DNA from: a virus
Lineage: Duplodnaviria; Caudoviricetes
Strand: one strand, 5' to 3'
Length of the DNA: 64,000 bases
IMG/VR virus record: IMGVR_UViG_3300020152_000023
Location: 1,631 to 65,630 of that record
Shown piece after piece: positions 35,508 to 45,578 of the stretch (position 1 is the first letter of the stretch; each line of letters begins with the position of its first letter). Both the position numbers and the translations under genes were made by a program. The notes under the pieces were generated by a model. The model did no database searches. It was not told the origin of the DNA and saw only the letters and a program-made list of their open reading frames with translations.

Positions 35508-38500
35508 TACTTCATCACCTCTTTAACGCTCGCCTTTTCCTTCCGCATCTTGTTGATAAACACCTTTGTCCCGGCCGGCGAATTCAAGGCTTCCTCAAGG
35601 ATCGCAGCGGAATCGATGAGGTTGAGCACCTTGATATCCTGTTTACCGCCACCCGCGCCGGCCGCAGCGGCGGCGGCCATCGTGCGCGCTTGGTTCTGCG
35701 GATGGAAGGGCGAATCCTTCGTCTGCACCGATTCCGTCTTATCGAGGATCGTGGCCACCTCGTTTGATCCGAGGCCCGATTGATAGCCGCGATGGAAGCG
35801 CGGAGCCATGGCGAAAACCCGAGGGTCCACGTTGCGCGTCCGGTTCGATGGGTTGGACGCAAGCGTTCCCGATCCAGTGCCCGAGTGCGCGACGCCCGCG
35901 CCGAGGGGGTTGGTGAGGCCGGGGAAAATGCCCGACAAGGCGTTGAAGAGCATCTGTTTGATGATCATCTTGCCGATGTCGATAAGGAATTGGGCGGCGG
36001 CTTTCTGGAGTGCGCGGCCGAGCGCCTTCCATGCGTTCTCACCGTTGGCCACGGCTTGCGCGAATTCGTCAATCGCCGTGGACAGGTTATTCATGAGCGA
36101 CTCGCCCACGGCCGTCCACATTTGCGAAACCTGATTCCCGGTCGTCTTCAGGTTTTGCGACTCGAGATTGGCTTGCCGGATTTTCTCGATAGCGGCTTGC
36201 GCCTCCGGGCCGCCGATCTTCTGCCACATGGCGATAGCCGCAGCGGCGGCTTGATCCATGGATGTCTTCAGCGCGTTGGCTTGCTGCACGGCCGCATTCG
36301 CGCCGGCCGTATTGCCCTGCGCCCGGAGCGCGTCGGCTTGTTTGAGCAAAGCGGCCCGTTGTTGCGCGATGGCATTGAACTTGGACTCGGCTTCCTCGGC
36401 CGTCTTCTTCGAAGCGTTAACGGCATCCTGCGCCGCTTGCTCCTGATACTTGAGCCGCGTGTTCTCGATAATCGCCGCGCGCTCTTGTTCGGTGAGCGTC
36501 GTGCCGGCTTCCTTGGCCTTGTTCTCAGCCTCCCGGATCGCCTTGGCCGTCTCGCGCGTCACAAGGTCTTCTTTGGAGAGCGCGTTCTCTTGCGCGAGCG
36601 CCTCATTCGACTGGAGCTGCTCATCGTGGAATTTCTTGGCGGCCTCGGCCTGTTTTTCCTTTTCCTTGGTGAGTTCTTTTTGGGTGTTGAGATACGCCTT
36701 GGTTTCGGCGTCAACGTCAGTTCCGCTCTCGAAGGCGGCGGCCTCATAAAGCCGGCGGTCCCGGTTAATGCCCTTATTGTCTGTCTGGAGTTCCCGGATC
36801 GCGGCTGCGATCTCTTCGGGCGTACCGTTGGCATTGATGACGTTCGCTAGGCTCTGCGGAAGCTCGCCGTAGTTATAGGCGATGGATGTCAGCACGCCTT
36901 GTTGCGCGGCCGAGAATTGCCCGAACTTATCTCCGATCTGGCCGACGATGACATTGTTGAATTCGCCGATGCGACGGTAAAGATCGCGATTGGCGTCGGC
37001 GACGGTGACACGAGTGGACTCCGTGACCTTGCGGACTACGTTATTTTCGTCGGTCGTGGTGTCCGATCCGAAGCCCGTCCGGAGCGCGTTGACATCCATC
37101 TTGGCGTAGGGGATGAAACCCTCACGCGCTCGAAGAATGGTAGCGGCGGCCTCCACGCCGTCGGTGATGCCCTTCAGGTCCGCGCCGGCCGCATTGGCGA
37201 ACAACGCGCTGGCGGTTTCGTTGTATTGTTTGATCGCGCCATTGAGTTCGGAGATCGTCTGGGCCGCACGCACGGCCGACTGAAAGGCCGCATCGAGATT
37301 GGCCTTTTGCTGCATCACGTCGAGGCCCTTATTAACCTCGGGGATGAGCGATTTCATTTCGTCAAGCGCGCTATTGAACGTCTTCGAGCCGGCCGCCATA
37401 GACTCGACCGAACGGCCGCTGGCGTCCGTAGCACCCGTAAGACGCTTCATGGCGGCTTCCGCCACTTCCGCCTTACTCGATTTCACGTCGAGCGCGTCGG
37501 CTGCTTCTTTGACGGCCTTGGCTGCGTTAAACGTCTCTTCCGAAAGATCATGCGCGCCTTGGATAGCGTCGGCCAGACCACTACCGTTCGGCCCGAGCTT
37601 TGCCGCCGCTTGTTGCAGCGCGTCGAGTTCGTTTCGATATTCCTCCAGTGACTTCTTGCCGTCGAACACCGCATTGGTGAGATCAACCATAGACTGGTTG
37701 ATCGCCCGCACGGCCGGATCGCCCATGTCGGTAGCGGCCCCTTCCTCGAAACCCGAGAGCGCATTGATGCGCGCCGTCTCGGCAGCGCTCTTCACGCGCT
37801 GGAGGTTGTTCGTCAGCTCTTGCGTGGACAGCTCGGCGAGCGATTTGCGCCACGCTTCAACCGATTGCTGGTTTTGGTCATAGGCCCCCTTCACGAGGCC
37901 CATGATCCGTTGGTGTTCGGTCATGGCCTCATTGACTTCACCGGCCGACGTGAGCCACTGAGTCAAAAGGCCGACGACAGCACCCACGGCAAGCCCGGCA
38001 AGGCCTCCACGCAAGCCTTGCGCGGCGACACTCAACGCGCTCACCCGGCCGGCCGTCGTGCCCACCGTAGCTCCGAGCGCGGCCGATTCTCGGCGGAAAA
38101 TTGCCGCTTGAATCTGCGCTTGGTTCATCGCCCGGCCGAAGTTCGTAAAGGCAAGGCCGAGCGAGGTGATGGCGGGCAGGAGCCGAATGCCGACGAACGT
38201 TCCGACGATGGCAATCAGGACTTTGAAGTTCTCCACGAGAACGCCAATGGTCTTTGCCAGCAAACCGAATGCCGCTGATACGTTCTGAGCGAACGCGAGG
38301 AAATCAGCGTCCCGTAACGTGGCCGTCAAGGACCGCAGAAGCGAGTTGAAGCCGTCGATAAAACCGCCCTGCCCGAACGCCAGCAACGCGCGCGTGAGAG
38401 CGTTTTCGAACCGGCCGATTTCGGCGCTAGTCGTCTTCAACGCGGCCGGGAGCGCCTCGCCGTAGCGTTCGGCGAGATTGTCGGCAAAATTTGCCAAGGC

Positions 38501-40540
38501 CGAGCTGGATACCTCGCCTTTCTTCGTCAGCTCCAGAAGCTCTTCGGTCGTGATGCCGAGGCCATCAGCCATAATTTGCAATGCACCTGGGAGCCTATCC
38601 CCAAGTTGTCCTGTGAGCTCTTCTAGTTGTACTTTTCCTTTACTCGCGATTTGCGTGAGTGCCTTGAAAATACCCGACATATCGGCCATTGACAGGCCGT
38701 TGACGCGCCCGGCCTCGGCCACCCGTAGGAAGACATCACGGGTCTTCTGCCCGGCAAGCACGGTTCCTTTGGTTGCAGCGGAGAACTTAGTGTACTCATC
38801 GGCGAGTTCGCCAATATCGATCCCGAGCCGGTCGGCCGTCCGGGAGATGAATTCGAATTCCGCGCCGGCCTTTGCGGTGTCGCCCGAATAGAGCGCCGTG
38901 AGACGGATTTGCGCCCGCTCAACCTTTTGCGTGGCCTCAACCACGCGCTGGAGCATGGTGATAACACCGAAGATGCCACCATATGCCGATACGAGCGACA
39001 GCACCTCGCCCCGGAGGCGTTGGGTGTAGGAGAGGGCTTGCCGGCTCTCACCGTAGATCTGGCGATAGGCGTTTGCGAGCGCACTGGACCGCTGCGCCGC
39101 TTGCCCCATAGCCGCCGCAGTTTGGCCCGTCGCGCGGGCGAGTCGCTCTTCGTTGACGACGGCTTGCCCGGTCGATTGCGATAGGCGGCTCATCGTGCCG
39201 GCGGCTTGGGCCGACTCCGCGCGTACACGGCCGAGTGCTGCGGCCGCTTGGCTTGTCGTCTGGCCGAAACGTGTCGTCACGGCTATGAGCTGATCGGTGT
39301 CACCCGTAAGGCCTTGCACGGCCGCCTGCATTTCCTTGTAGGCGGAACGTTGCTGGCCGAACTCGGCTTCTACTTCATTGAGGGATTGCCGCAGCCGGTT
39401 ATACGCCGCGACCATCTCGCCCGAAGCCGACAGGCCAGCGCCCCGCATGGCGGCGTTGACTTGCGCCAGCTCCGTTCGGATTTTCTGGTACTCTTGGCTG
39501 ATCTGTGAAACGACGCCGCGTTGCGCGGCAACGGCTTGCGCCAGCGGCCCACGCGCGGCCGCCGCGAGCTGCGCCATGTTGGCCGAAACTTTATCCGTCG
39601 CCGCGCCGAGGGTTTCGAGGCCTTGTTCCGCGCCCTTTAGCTGGCCTTCCTGCCGTTTGACCGCTGCGCCGGCTTTGGTCGCGCTTTGCTCCAGCTCGCG
39701 TTGTGTCGCCGCCGCTTCTTTGATGTTGCTCTTGTAATCCGCGATTTGTTGCGACGTAGCCGCAATCGCAGCCTCTTGCGTCTTGATGCCGGCGGCCGAG
39801 GCCTCGATCTTCGCACCGAACTCAGCCGCAGCGGCCGAGGCTTGCTCCATCTCGGCGACAGCGCTTTCGAGCCGGTCCCGATATTCGGCGAGGGTGGCCG
39901 TTTGTTTCTCCAGCCGCGTGCCGAGATTGGCGAACCGTTCCTGAAGCGTTGCGCTCGGCTTTTCAGCGGCCGCGATCTTCTGGCCGAGCGCCTCGTATTT
40001 GGCGGCCGTCTCGGTGACCTTGGCTTGCTGATCGAAGATATCCCGAGTGAGATTCGGGATAGACCGGGTGAGCTTTTTAATCTCGGCGTCGGCTTTTTTG
40101 AGGCCGTCGGCATACTTCGCTTGCGCGGTCGTCGCCTTGCCGAGGTCCGCTGCCTGATCAGTGAGTTGCTTTTCCGCGCCGGCAAGCGCGGCCTTGAGCC
40201 GGTCGGTTTCGGTAGCCGCTTCCGTGGCGCGCTTCGAATAATCCGTGAGATCGCCTTGGGCCTGCTCAAGGCCGGAGCGCAGCGCTTCAACCGCCCGGTT
40301 GGCCTTGTTGAGATCGTCGGCCAGCTTGTCGGCCGAGTTGCCGCCCTTGAGGGCCTTGCCGAGATCGGCGACAGCGCTAACGAGGCCGCCGATTCCCGTG
40401 CTTGTCTTTTTGGCGTTGGCCGTAAGGTCGGCCTGCGCGTCCACCATACTGTTGATGGCGTCGGTGATCGCGTCGAGAACCCGTACCGCGTCGTCTTTGG
40501 CCTTTACGATAAGATCGACTTCGCGGCGCGCGTTGGCCAT
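35507..40540 (-). CDS. Tape measure protein with embedded lysozyme-like domain
   Basis: 1677 aa, Ala-rich helical; ALTQIASKGKVQLEEL.GQLGDRLPGA tape-measure motif; GH24-like segment at about 36725-37150. Confidence 0.93.
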   Translation of the reverse strand: MANARREVDLIVKAKDDAVRVLDAITDAINSMVDAQADLTANAKKTSTGIGGLVSAVADLGKALKGGNSADKLADDLNKANRAVEALRSGLEQAQGDLTDYSKRATEAATETDRLKAALAGAEKQLTDQAADLGKATTAQAKYADGLKKADAEIKKLTRSIPNLTRDIFDQQAKVTETAAKYEALGQKIAAAEKPSATLQERFANLGTRLEKQTATLAEYRDRLESAVAEMEQASAAAAEFGAKIEASAAGIKTQEAAIAATSQQIADYKSNIKEAAATQRELEQSATKAGAAVKRQEGQLKGAEQGLETLGAATDKVSANMAQLAAAARGPLAQAVAAQRGVVSQISQEYQKIRTELAQVNAAMRGAGLSASGEMVAAYNRLRQSLNEVEAEFGQQRSAYKEMQAAVQGLTGDTDQLIAVTTRFGQTTSQAAAALGRVRAESAQAAGTMSRLSQSTGQAVVNEERLARATGQTAAAMGQAAQRSSALANAYRQIYGESRQALSYTQRLRGEVLSLVSAYGGIFGVITMLQRVVEATQKVERAQIRLTALYSGDTAKAGAEFEFISRTADRLGIDIGELADEYTKFSAATKGTVLAGQKTRDVFLRVAEAGRVNGLSMADMSGIFKALTQIASKGKVQLEELTGQLGDRLPGALQIMADGLGITTEELLELTKKGEVSSSALANFADNLAERYGEALPAALKTTSAEIGRFENALTRALLAFGQGGFIDGFNSLLRSLTATLRDADFLAFAQNVSAAFGLLAKTIGVLVENFKVLIAIVGTFVGIRLLPAITSLGLAFTNFGRAMNQAQIQAAIFRRESAALGATVGTTAGRVSALSVAAQGLRGGLAGLAVGAVVGLLTQWLTSAGEVNEAMTEHQRIMGLVKGAYDQNQQSVEAWRKSLAELSTQELTNNLQRVKSAAETARINALSGFEEGAATDMGDPAVRAINQSMVDLTNAVFDGKKSLEEYRNELDALQQAAAKLGPNGSGLADAIQGAHDLSEETFNAAKAVKEAADALDVKSSKAEVAEAAMKRLTGATDASGRSVESMAAGSKTFNSALDEMKSLIPEVNKGLDVMQQKANLDAAFQSAVRAAQTISELNGAIKQYNETASALFANAAGADLKGITDGVEAAATILRAREGFIPYAKMDVNALRTGFGSDTTTDENNVVRKVTESTRVTVADANRDLYRRIGEFNNVIVGQIGDKFGQFSAAQQGVLTSIAYNYGELPQSLANVINANGTPEEIAAAIRELQTDNKGINRDRRLYEAAAFESGTDVDAETKAYLNTQKELTKEKEKQAEAAKKFHDEQLQSNEALAQENALSKEDLVTRETAKAIREAENKAKEAGTTLTEQERAAIIENTRLKYQEQAAQDAVNASKKTAEEAESKFNAIAQQRAALLKQADALRAQGNTAGANAAVQQANALKTSMDQAAAAAIAMWQKIGGPEAQAAIEKIRQANLESQNLKTTGNQVSQMWTAVGESLMNNLSTAIDEFAQAVANGENAWKALGRALQKAAAQFLIDIGKMIIKQMLFNALSGIFPGLTNPLGAGVAHSGTGSGTLASNPSNRTRNVDPRVFAMAPRFHRGYQSGLGSNEVATILDKTESVQTKDSPFHPQNQARTMAAAAAAGAGGGKQDIKVLNLIDSAAILEEALNSPAGTKVFINKMRKEKASVKEVMK

Positions 40541-40542
40541 GG

Positions 40543-41279
40543 CTATTCCTCGTCGGGCGGGTCAACTTCCGTATCGAGAGCGTCTATGCTTTTGCGAAAA
40601 GCATCCCACCCTTTCTTGCTGATTATCGTTGTGATGGCCGATTGCAGCAAGGTGACTTCGGTTTTAATCCGCGCGTTTTCCCGTGCGATGATGATGTTCG
40701 ATTCATCATATACCCAACCGATGGGGTAGAACCAAGCATCATCACCGTAGCCGGCCGCCGCTAGTTGATTGACTCGCTTACGGATTGAGAAGAGCCAAAC
40801 GGAAAACTGAAGCCTAGATCGGCCTCCACTTGCGCCCGCACGCCGAGTACGAGATTCGCGATCTGGCGGGCGGCCTTTGTCAGAATCTCGGTTGCTTTTT
40901 TTAGTTCGGCTTCAGTCGTAATCGACAGCTCCATGATTTTGATCAGTGCCTCGATTTGAACGGTTGCCCGGAGATTGGACGCCATTTCCACGCCCTCATC
41001 GTTGTTCTCATCGGCCGCGAGCGCGATGATCTCAGCGATGAGAACCGGGAAGTCCATGGCCGCCTCTTGAATGAACTCCACGAGCATTTCGGACGTAAAC
41101 TTGCCGTTGCCCTTCTTTCCCATGAAGTCATTGAAAAGCTTGGTGATGACTTCGGTATGCCGGCGGAAAAGGCGCGTGATATCCGCGAGCGAGACGCCGC
41201 GAACTTCGAAAAAATCTTCCTCGGTAACGTGGATCGGTGCGCGCACGATCACCACGTTTTTCAGCTTCAGTTTGGCCAT
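40543..41279 (-). CDS. Tail assembly chaperone, -1 frameshift product (gpGT-like)
   Basis: Slippery CTA AAA AAA G (A7 at 40896-40902); the -1 frame is open to TAG at 40543-40545, just before the tape measure ATG. Confidence 0.8.
40761..41279 (-). CDS. Tail assembly chaperone (gpG-like)
   Basis: Between the major tail and tape measure genes; FEVRGVSL.DI..L. Confidence 0.85.
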   Translation of the reverse strand: MAKLKLKNVVIVRAPIHVTEEDFFEVRGVSLADITRLFRRHTEVITKLFNDFMGKKGNGKFTSEMLVEFIQEAAMDFPVLIAEIIALAADENNDEGVEMASNLRATVQIEALIKIMELSITTEAELKKATEILTKAARQIANLVLGVRAQVEADLGFSFPFGSSQSVSESIN

Positions 41280-41317
41280 TACGCGGAACTCCTGTCAGGT
41301 TGGGTAGGCCGTCGGTA

Positions 41318-42109
41318 TTAGACCGTGAAGAGCGGTTCATCGTCCACATAGACGGCTTCGAGATTGCCGAGCTTCTGGATATCCAGCGTGAACGGGATCG
41401 TCTGCCACTCATCGCCCTTCAGCGCATAGTCGCCGTTGGGAGTGAGCTTGACGAACGGCATGAAGTAGTCCTGCTGCCCGCCCTTGGGGTTGAACGAAAT
41501 GTACTTTACGGCGCCTTCGACCGGCTGCGATCCGGAGATGATCCGGTTTTTGGTCGAAGCCTTCACGGTGTAGGTGACTTCCACGTCCGAACCGGCCGCA
41601 ATCGTGCCGGTGGAGAGGATTTTGATCATGCCCGTACGAGCATAGACCTTGTAGTCCACGTCCACGACATGGGTGGTGGCTCCCACCGCTACCGTGATGG
41701 CCGCTTCGTCAAGGCCACCGAGGCCGAGCGGATTGGAAGGCGTGACGCCGAGCTGATAAGATGCGTCGAGAACAACATCGGTCAGCGTCTCTTCAACCGC
41801 CGCAGCGGCGGCCGTCGTAACGACGTTGACCGTGCCGAAGTAGAAGAGCGCGATGTTGTGGACCTTGATGTTGTCGGTAGTGAACGAGCCGGTGCGGTTC
41901 ACTTGCAACGTCATGGAGTCATCCTTCTCGCGGATGCCATGGTCCGAGTCGTAGTGATCGAGCATTTCGATCTCGACCGAGATGTTGATTTCCGGCGTGT
42001 TGCCGAAATAGATGTAATCCTTGGGGGTCCGCGTTCCGGGAAGGAACCGCGCGAAATGGAATTCACCGCGACCAAGGGTGTAATTCTGGTTGTCTTTCTG
42101 AAGGGCCAT
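41318..42109 (-). CDS. Major tail tube protein
   Basis: NYTLGRG...F, Y.GNTPE, LDHY.SD.G.R.KD, NP.G...DY..P.V.L.P.GD.ALKGDEW. Confidence 0.9.
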   Translation of the reverse strand: MALQKDNQNYTLGRGEFHFARFLPGTRTPKDYIYFGNTPEINISVEIEMLDHYDSDHGIREKDDSMTLQVNRTGSFTTDNIKVHNIALFYFGTVNVVTTAAAAAVEETLTDVVLDASYQLGVTPSNPLGLGGLDEAAITVAVGATTHVVDVDYKVYARTGMIKILSTGTIAAGSDVEVTYTVKASTKNRIISGSQPVEGAVKYISFNPKGGQQDYFMPFVKLTPNGDYALKGDEWQTIPFTLDIQKLGNLEAVYVDDEPLFTV

Positions 42110-42126
42110 TACTGCGGTTCCTTATG

Positions 42127-42696
42127 TTAGTTTCCGGCATCGTAGGGATCGGTGAGAGTCTCTGCGATTGTCAAACTGATCGGTAGCCAAAAGAACGCCT
42201 TGGCCGAAATTTCATCCGGTGGACGAACAACGCCCACCCCGATCTTCAAGGCGGTGATGCACCGGAAGCCGAAGATACCACCGCCGGGGCTGAAGTCCAA
42301 CGCCTTCACCTTTTCTTGGGCGAGTCGTTTAACGACATCCGCTAACAGATATTGTGCTGGGTCGGTAGGGTCTTCCGGATCATCATCCACAAAGCCTTGC
42401 ACCATCAAATCCCAATCACCCACCCGATGCGGGTTGTCTGGCGCACGGTCGGGGATTTGGTCTGGCGGCAACACGATCTCCAGCAACGATGTCATGGGCA
42501 GGGGGTCGTCCTCGCCGAACATCACGCGGCCCCGGAAGTTACGGCGTTGCATGACAACCGTGCCGTCATTCTTGGTTCGCTCGAAAGGCCGGAGATCGAA
42601 GTTCCATCCGTCGGCGTTCCCGCTGATCTCATCAAACGCGGCCGTGATCCTCTTGAGGATCGCAAGCCGGAAAGGATCACCGTTCGGATACGCCAT
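42127..42696 (-). CDS. Tail terminator (gpU-like)
   Basis: FRGR..FG..DPLP, VQGFV.DD...PTDPA..L.ADV..RL, VRPPDE.S..AFF. Confidence 0.8.
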   Translation of the reverse strand: MAYPNGDPFRLAILKRITAAFDEISGNADGWNFDLRPFERTKNDGTVVMQRRNFRGRVMFGEDDPLPMTSLLEIVLPPDQIPDRAPDNPHRVGDWDLMVQGFVDDDPEDPTDPAQYLLADVVKRLAQEKVKALDFSPGGGIFGFRCITALKIGVGVVRPPDEISAKAFFWLPISLTIAETLTDPYDAGN

Positions 42697-43331
42697 TACA
42701 GATCAAGCTCCATGAGCCGCAAGAATTCATTCTGAAGAAAGTCGAGCATATCAGGAGTCATCTCTGAGGCAACACCCTCGCCGGCCCGACTTCCCGTGGC
42801 ATTGATGAATAGCTGATCTACGGACGGGCCGTAAAGCAAGTATAGCCCTTGATCGAGCTGCACGAGATGGCGCTTGTTTCGAATGCGCTGGCCCTTGCCG
42901 AGGCGAATGGCGAGGCCGAGATTGAATTGTGTATCGACCGGGCCGCGACCTTGGGGGAGCTTTACGAGGAAGGCACGCGGAAGCTTTCGGGCCGGCTTGT
43001 CCTGATTGACCTTTACCGTCACGCCGACGTTATCGGCCTCGCGCGACGTGATGTACCGGGCGAGAGAAGTCGGCCGGCCGCGCGCACGGATGATCGACTC
43101 CATGTTCCCGCGCGTGGCCTTCGAGGCGACATAGAGGCGCTTGGCGGCGGGATTGAGATAATGGGCCGGGAGGTTGATATCCCCGAGGATGAGATCGGCA
43201 CCGCGCTTCCTAAACCGTGCCGTGGTGGCGTTGACGGCGCGCACGATGTTGAGTTTCGTCGCACTTGACATATCGGCAACGTCGCCTAGCCCTTCGAGGC
43301 CTTCAACATATACCGCCCATCGGTCAACCAC
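42696..43331 (-). CDS. Tail completion/neck protein (gpZ-like)
   Basis: I.ARGRPTSLARY, AF...L, LYLLYGPSVDQ.F. Confidence 0.8.
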   Translation of the reverse strand: MVDRWAVYVEGLEGLGDVADMSSATKLNIVRAVNATTARFRKRGADLILGDINLPAHYLNPAAKRLYVASKATRGNMESIIRARGRPTSLARYITSREADNVGVTVKVNQDKPARKLPRAFLVKLPQGRGPVDTQFNLGLAIRLGKGQRIRNKRHLVQLDQGLYLLYGPSVDQLFINATGSRAGEGVASEMTPDMLDFLQNEFLRLMELDL

Positions 43332-43773
43332 TGTCTACCTCAATGGCGGCCGTGGGCAAGAGTCCCCATGCAGCCGAGTACACGACAGCCTCGGGTGGGC
43401 TCTTATACAGCGCTTGTTCCTTTGGCCCTAGCCGGGCAACGTTGGCGGCTTGCGTGATGTTGTAGACCGGCTCCACGTTATCCACGCGCCAGACATCTCC
43501 GGGCGCTATGGCGACGACATCGCCGCGCTCCGGGGTGTGCTGCTCTACCAGAAAGATGATTTGCGACTTGCGGGTGTCGTTCCGCTCGGCATAGACCAAG
43601 CTCGTGCCCTTGACGTCGCCGAGTGCGCCCCATTCGGTCAAGGATCGCACATATACGAGCTTGATCGGGCCGGCCGCATTCCCGGACATATAAAGGTACG
43701 CCGCGTCCTGCAATCCTTCATGCAAGTCGCGGCGTGCCTGTAGCTTCGCTTCTCGGTGATGAGTAAGCATCAA
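43324..43773 (-). CDS. Head-tail joining/closure protein (gpFII-like) with C-terminal GLLPTAAI motif
   Basis: K..ARRDLH; P.RG.VV.......WRVDN..P; position after the capsid genes. Confidence 0.7.
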   Translation of the reverse strand: MMLTHHREAKLQARRDLHEGLQDAAYLYMSGNAAGPIKLVYVRSLTEWGALGDVKGTSLVYAERNDTRKSQIIFLVEQHTPERGDVVAIAPGDVWRVDNVEPVYNITQAANVARLGPKEQALYKSPPEAVVYSAAWGLLPTAAIEVDSG

Positions 43774-44417
43774 ACTACGTCGTCATCCTTTTCGGCCGAA
43801 TCCTTGATCTTGGACTTGCCGGTAGTGGTGGATGCATTGGCGGAAGTGGACGCGCCGGAGGTGCTCGAAGTCGTCTGGCGGCCCTGCGCCGATGCCTCGG
43901 CTTGCTTGGCGTCCTGGGCCTTCCGTTCGGCGGCGGCCTCATCTGCGGCGGCCACCTTGGCCGGCTCTTCCTTTTTGGCGATTTCCGCCGCCAGTTCGCC
44001 TTCGGTCTTCCGCTTGGGGGCCGGGGCGGTGGACTTGCGGACGGCCGCCGGATCGTTCGTTCCCGTGCCGGAGCCGTCTTGCTGGATCGACTGGCCGTCG
44101 TTCGCGTTGGAAACAGTCTCGGAAACCCGGAAGTTTTCGGTAAACTCGCCACCGCCGACGACATTCGACAGGCGATTGAGCGCGGCCTCATCTTCCTCGG
44201 ACCAATCGCGAATGGCCTTGGCGGCCATCAATTCGTCATACTGCGATTTCGCCTGCCCGCGATGCTTGACCGTATCGGCCATGAATGTCGTGCCCGGCGG
44301 GATCGTCATGGTTTGCGGACGAACGCCCGGATCACCCTTTGCCCGGTCGCCACGCTGGCCTTCCGACGTGGTGATGACGATAGTGTTGAGGGCGATAACC
44401 TTTGCCTTTTCAGCCAT
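43770..44417 (-). CDS. Hypothetical protein after the capsid gene (lambda gpFI position); low-complexity C-terminal half
   Basis: SD GGAG; synteny. Confidence 0.65.
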   Translation of the reverse strand: MAEKAKVIALNTIVITTSEGQRGDRAKGDPGVRPQTMTIPPGTTFMADTVKHRGQAKSQYDELMAAKAIRDWSEEDEAALNRLSNVVGGGEFTENFRVSETVSNANDGQSIQQDGSGTGTNDPAAVRKSTAPAPKRKTEGELAAEIAKKEEPAKVAAADEAAAERKAQDAKQAEASAQGRQTTSSTSGASTSANASTTTGKSKIKDSAEKDDDVV

Positions 44418-44483
44418 TGTCTTACTCTCCGATGGGGTTTCTAGCGTCGTGAGGCGGCCTAAGCCGCCCCGCGCTGGATGACG

Positions 44484-45533
44484 TTAGGCTACAACGGTGG
44501 CCTTGAACGATGCGTTCGGGTTGATCGGCACCATGAGCGGAGCGCTCTGCGTCATGATGAACGTGGCCGACGGGTCTTGTTCGTTCCACATCTTCATGAA
44601 AACGGTGAGCGGCTGGAGCTGCGCGCCGAAGTCCTGAATCGCGCCGTAGCAGCGCATACCCCGGATGTTGGGCGAGGTGAGCACGATATCCTTGGGCGAC
44701 ATGTACTCGATCACCGTGCCATCCGAGTCCTGATAGTAATCGGAGTAGACGAACACTTCGAGGCCTTCGATGTTGCCGACGCGCTCGACTTCGAGCCCGT
44801 CAAGCATGCCGAGACGGAGGTTGATGTTCGCTCCGAGACGGTATTGCGTGTTGAGGAACTCGCGGATTTCGGGGTCATTGCGCATGACATCCCAAACATC
44901 CGTGCCGACGGTGAGGCGCGTGGCGACGCCGCCGAAGCGGGCCTTGCGCATGATGTTCTTCCAGCTCGCGAGGTTCGACAGGATCGAAACGCCCGCGTCG
45001 CCCCAGCGGTTGCCGGCCGTGAGCGTCACGGTCTGGGCGGCGTTGCGCTGGAAGTCAACCAGCGTGCGGGGGTAGCGCTCATCTTCGAGAAGCACCTTGG
45101 CATCGATAGTCGCGGCGGCGGCCATCCACTCCCAACGACGCTCGATGGAGTAGCGATGCTGGCGAACGATGTCCGTCACGATGGCCTGATAGCGTTGCTG
45201 CGGCGAGAGCGGCTGGGTCTGGGCCAGCTCGCCGAGGCCGGCGGCGCGGCGGATCATGCGGGTGGCGGTAACCGGGTCTTTCGGCTTCAGGTAGGCCGGC
45301 TTGACTTGCACGAGCCGTTCGGCGGCCGAGTAGATCGGAACACCTTGTGCGGTGGGCACGACAAGCGGCGCGAGCTTGCGGACATCGGCGAGCTGCGAGA
45401 AATCGATAGTCTCGGTCGTGAAATTGAGCGTCTGCGGGTAGAACTGGAGCCAGTAATTCTCCGGCGGCTCCATGGAGTTCTGATCCCAGAAAACGCCCAA
45501 GAGCGTGCGGCTATCGTAAACTGTAGGTTCCAT
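44484..45533 (-). CDS. Major capsid protein (lambda gpE family)
   Basis: F.TE.IDF, LAP.V.P..QG, PAY.KPK, I..R.EWMAA, W...DPS....MTQSAPL..P..PNA. Confidence 0.93.
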   Translation of the reverse strand: MEPTVYDSRTLLGVFWDQNSMEPPENYWLQFYPQTLNFTTETIDFSQLADVRKLAPLVVPTAQGVPIYSAAERLVQVKPAYLKPKDPVTATRMIRRAAGLGELAQTQPLSPQQRYQAIVTDIVRQHRYSIERRWEWMAAAATIDAKVLLEDERYPRTLVDFQRNAAQTVTLTAGNRWGDAGVSILSNLASWKNIMRKARFGGVATRLTVGTDVWDVMRNDPEIREFLNTQYRLGANINLRLGMLDGLEVERVGNIEGLEVFVYSDYYQDSDGTVIEYMSPKDIVLTSPNIRGMRCYGAIQDFGAQLQPLTVFMKMWNEQDPSATFIMTQSAPLMVPINPNASFKATVVA

Positions 45534-45578
45534 TGGTTCGAGTCCTTTGATCTTGGGCGAATTCCTACGCGACCAACG

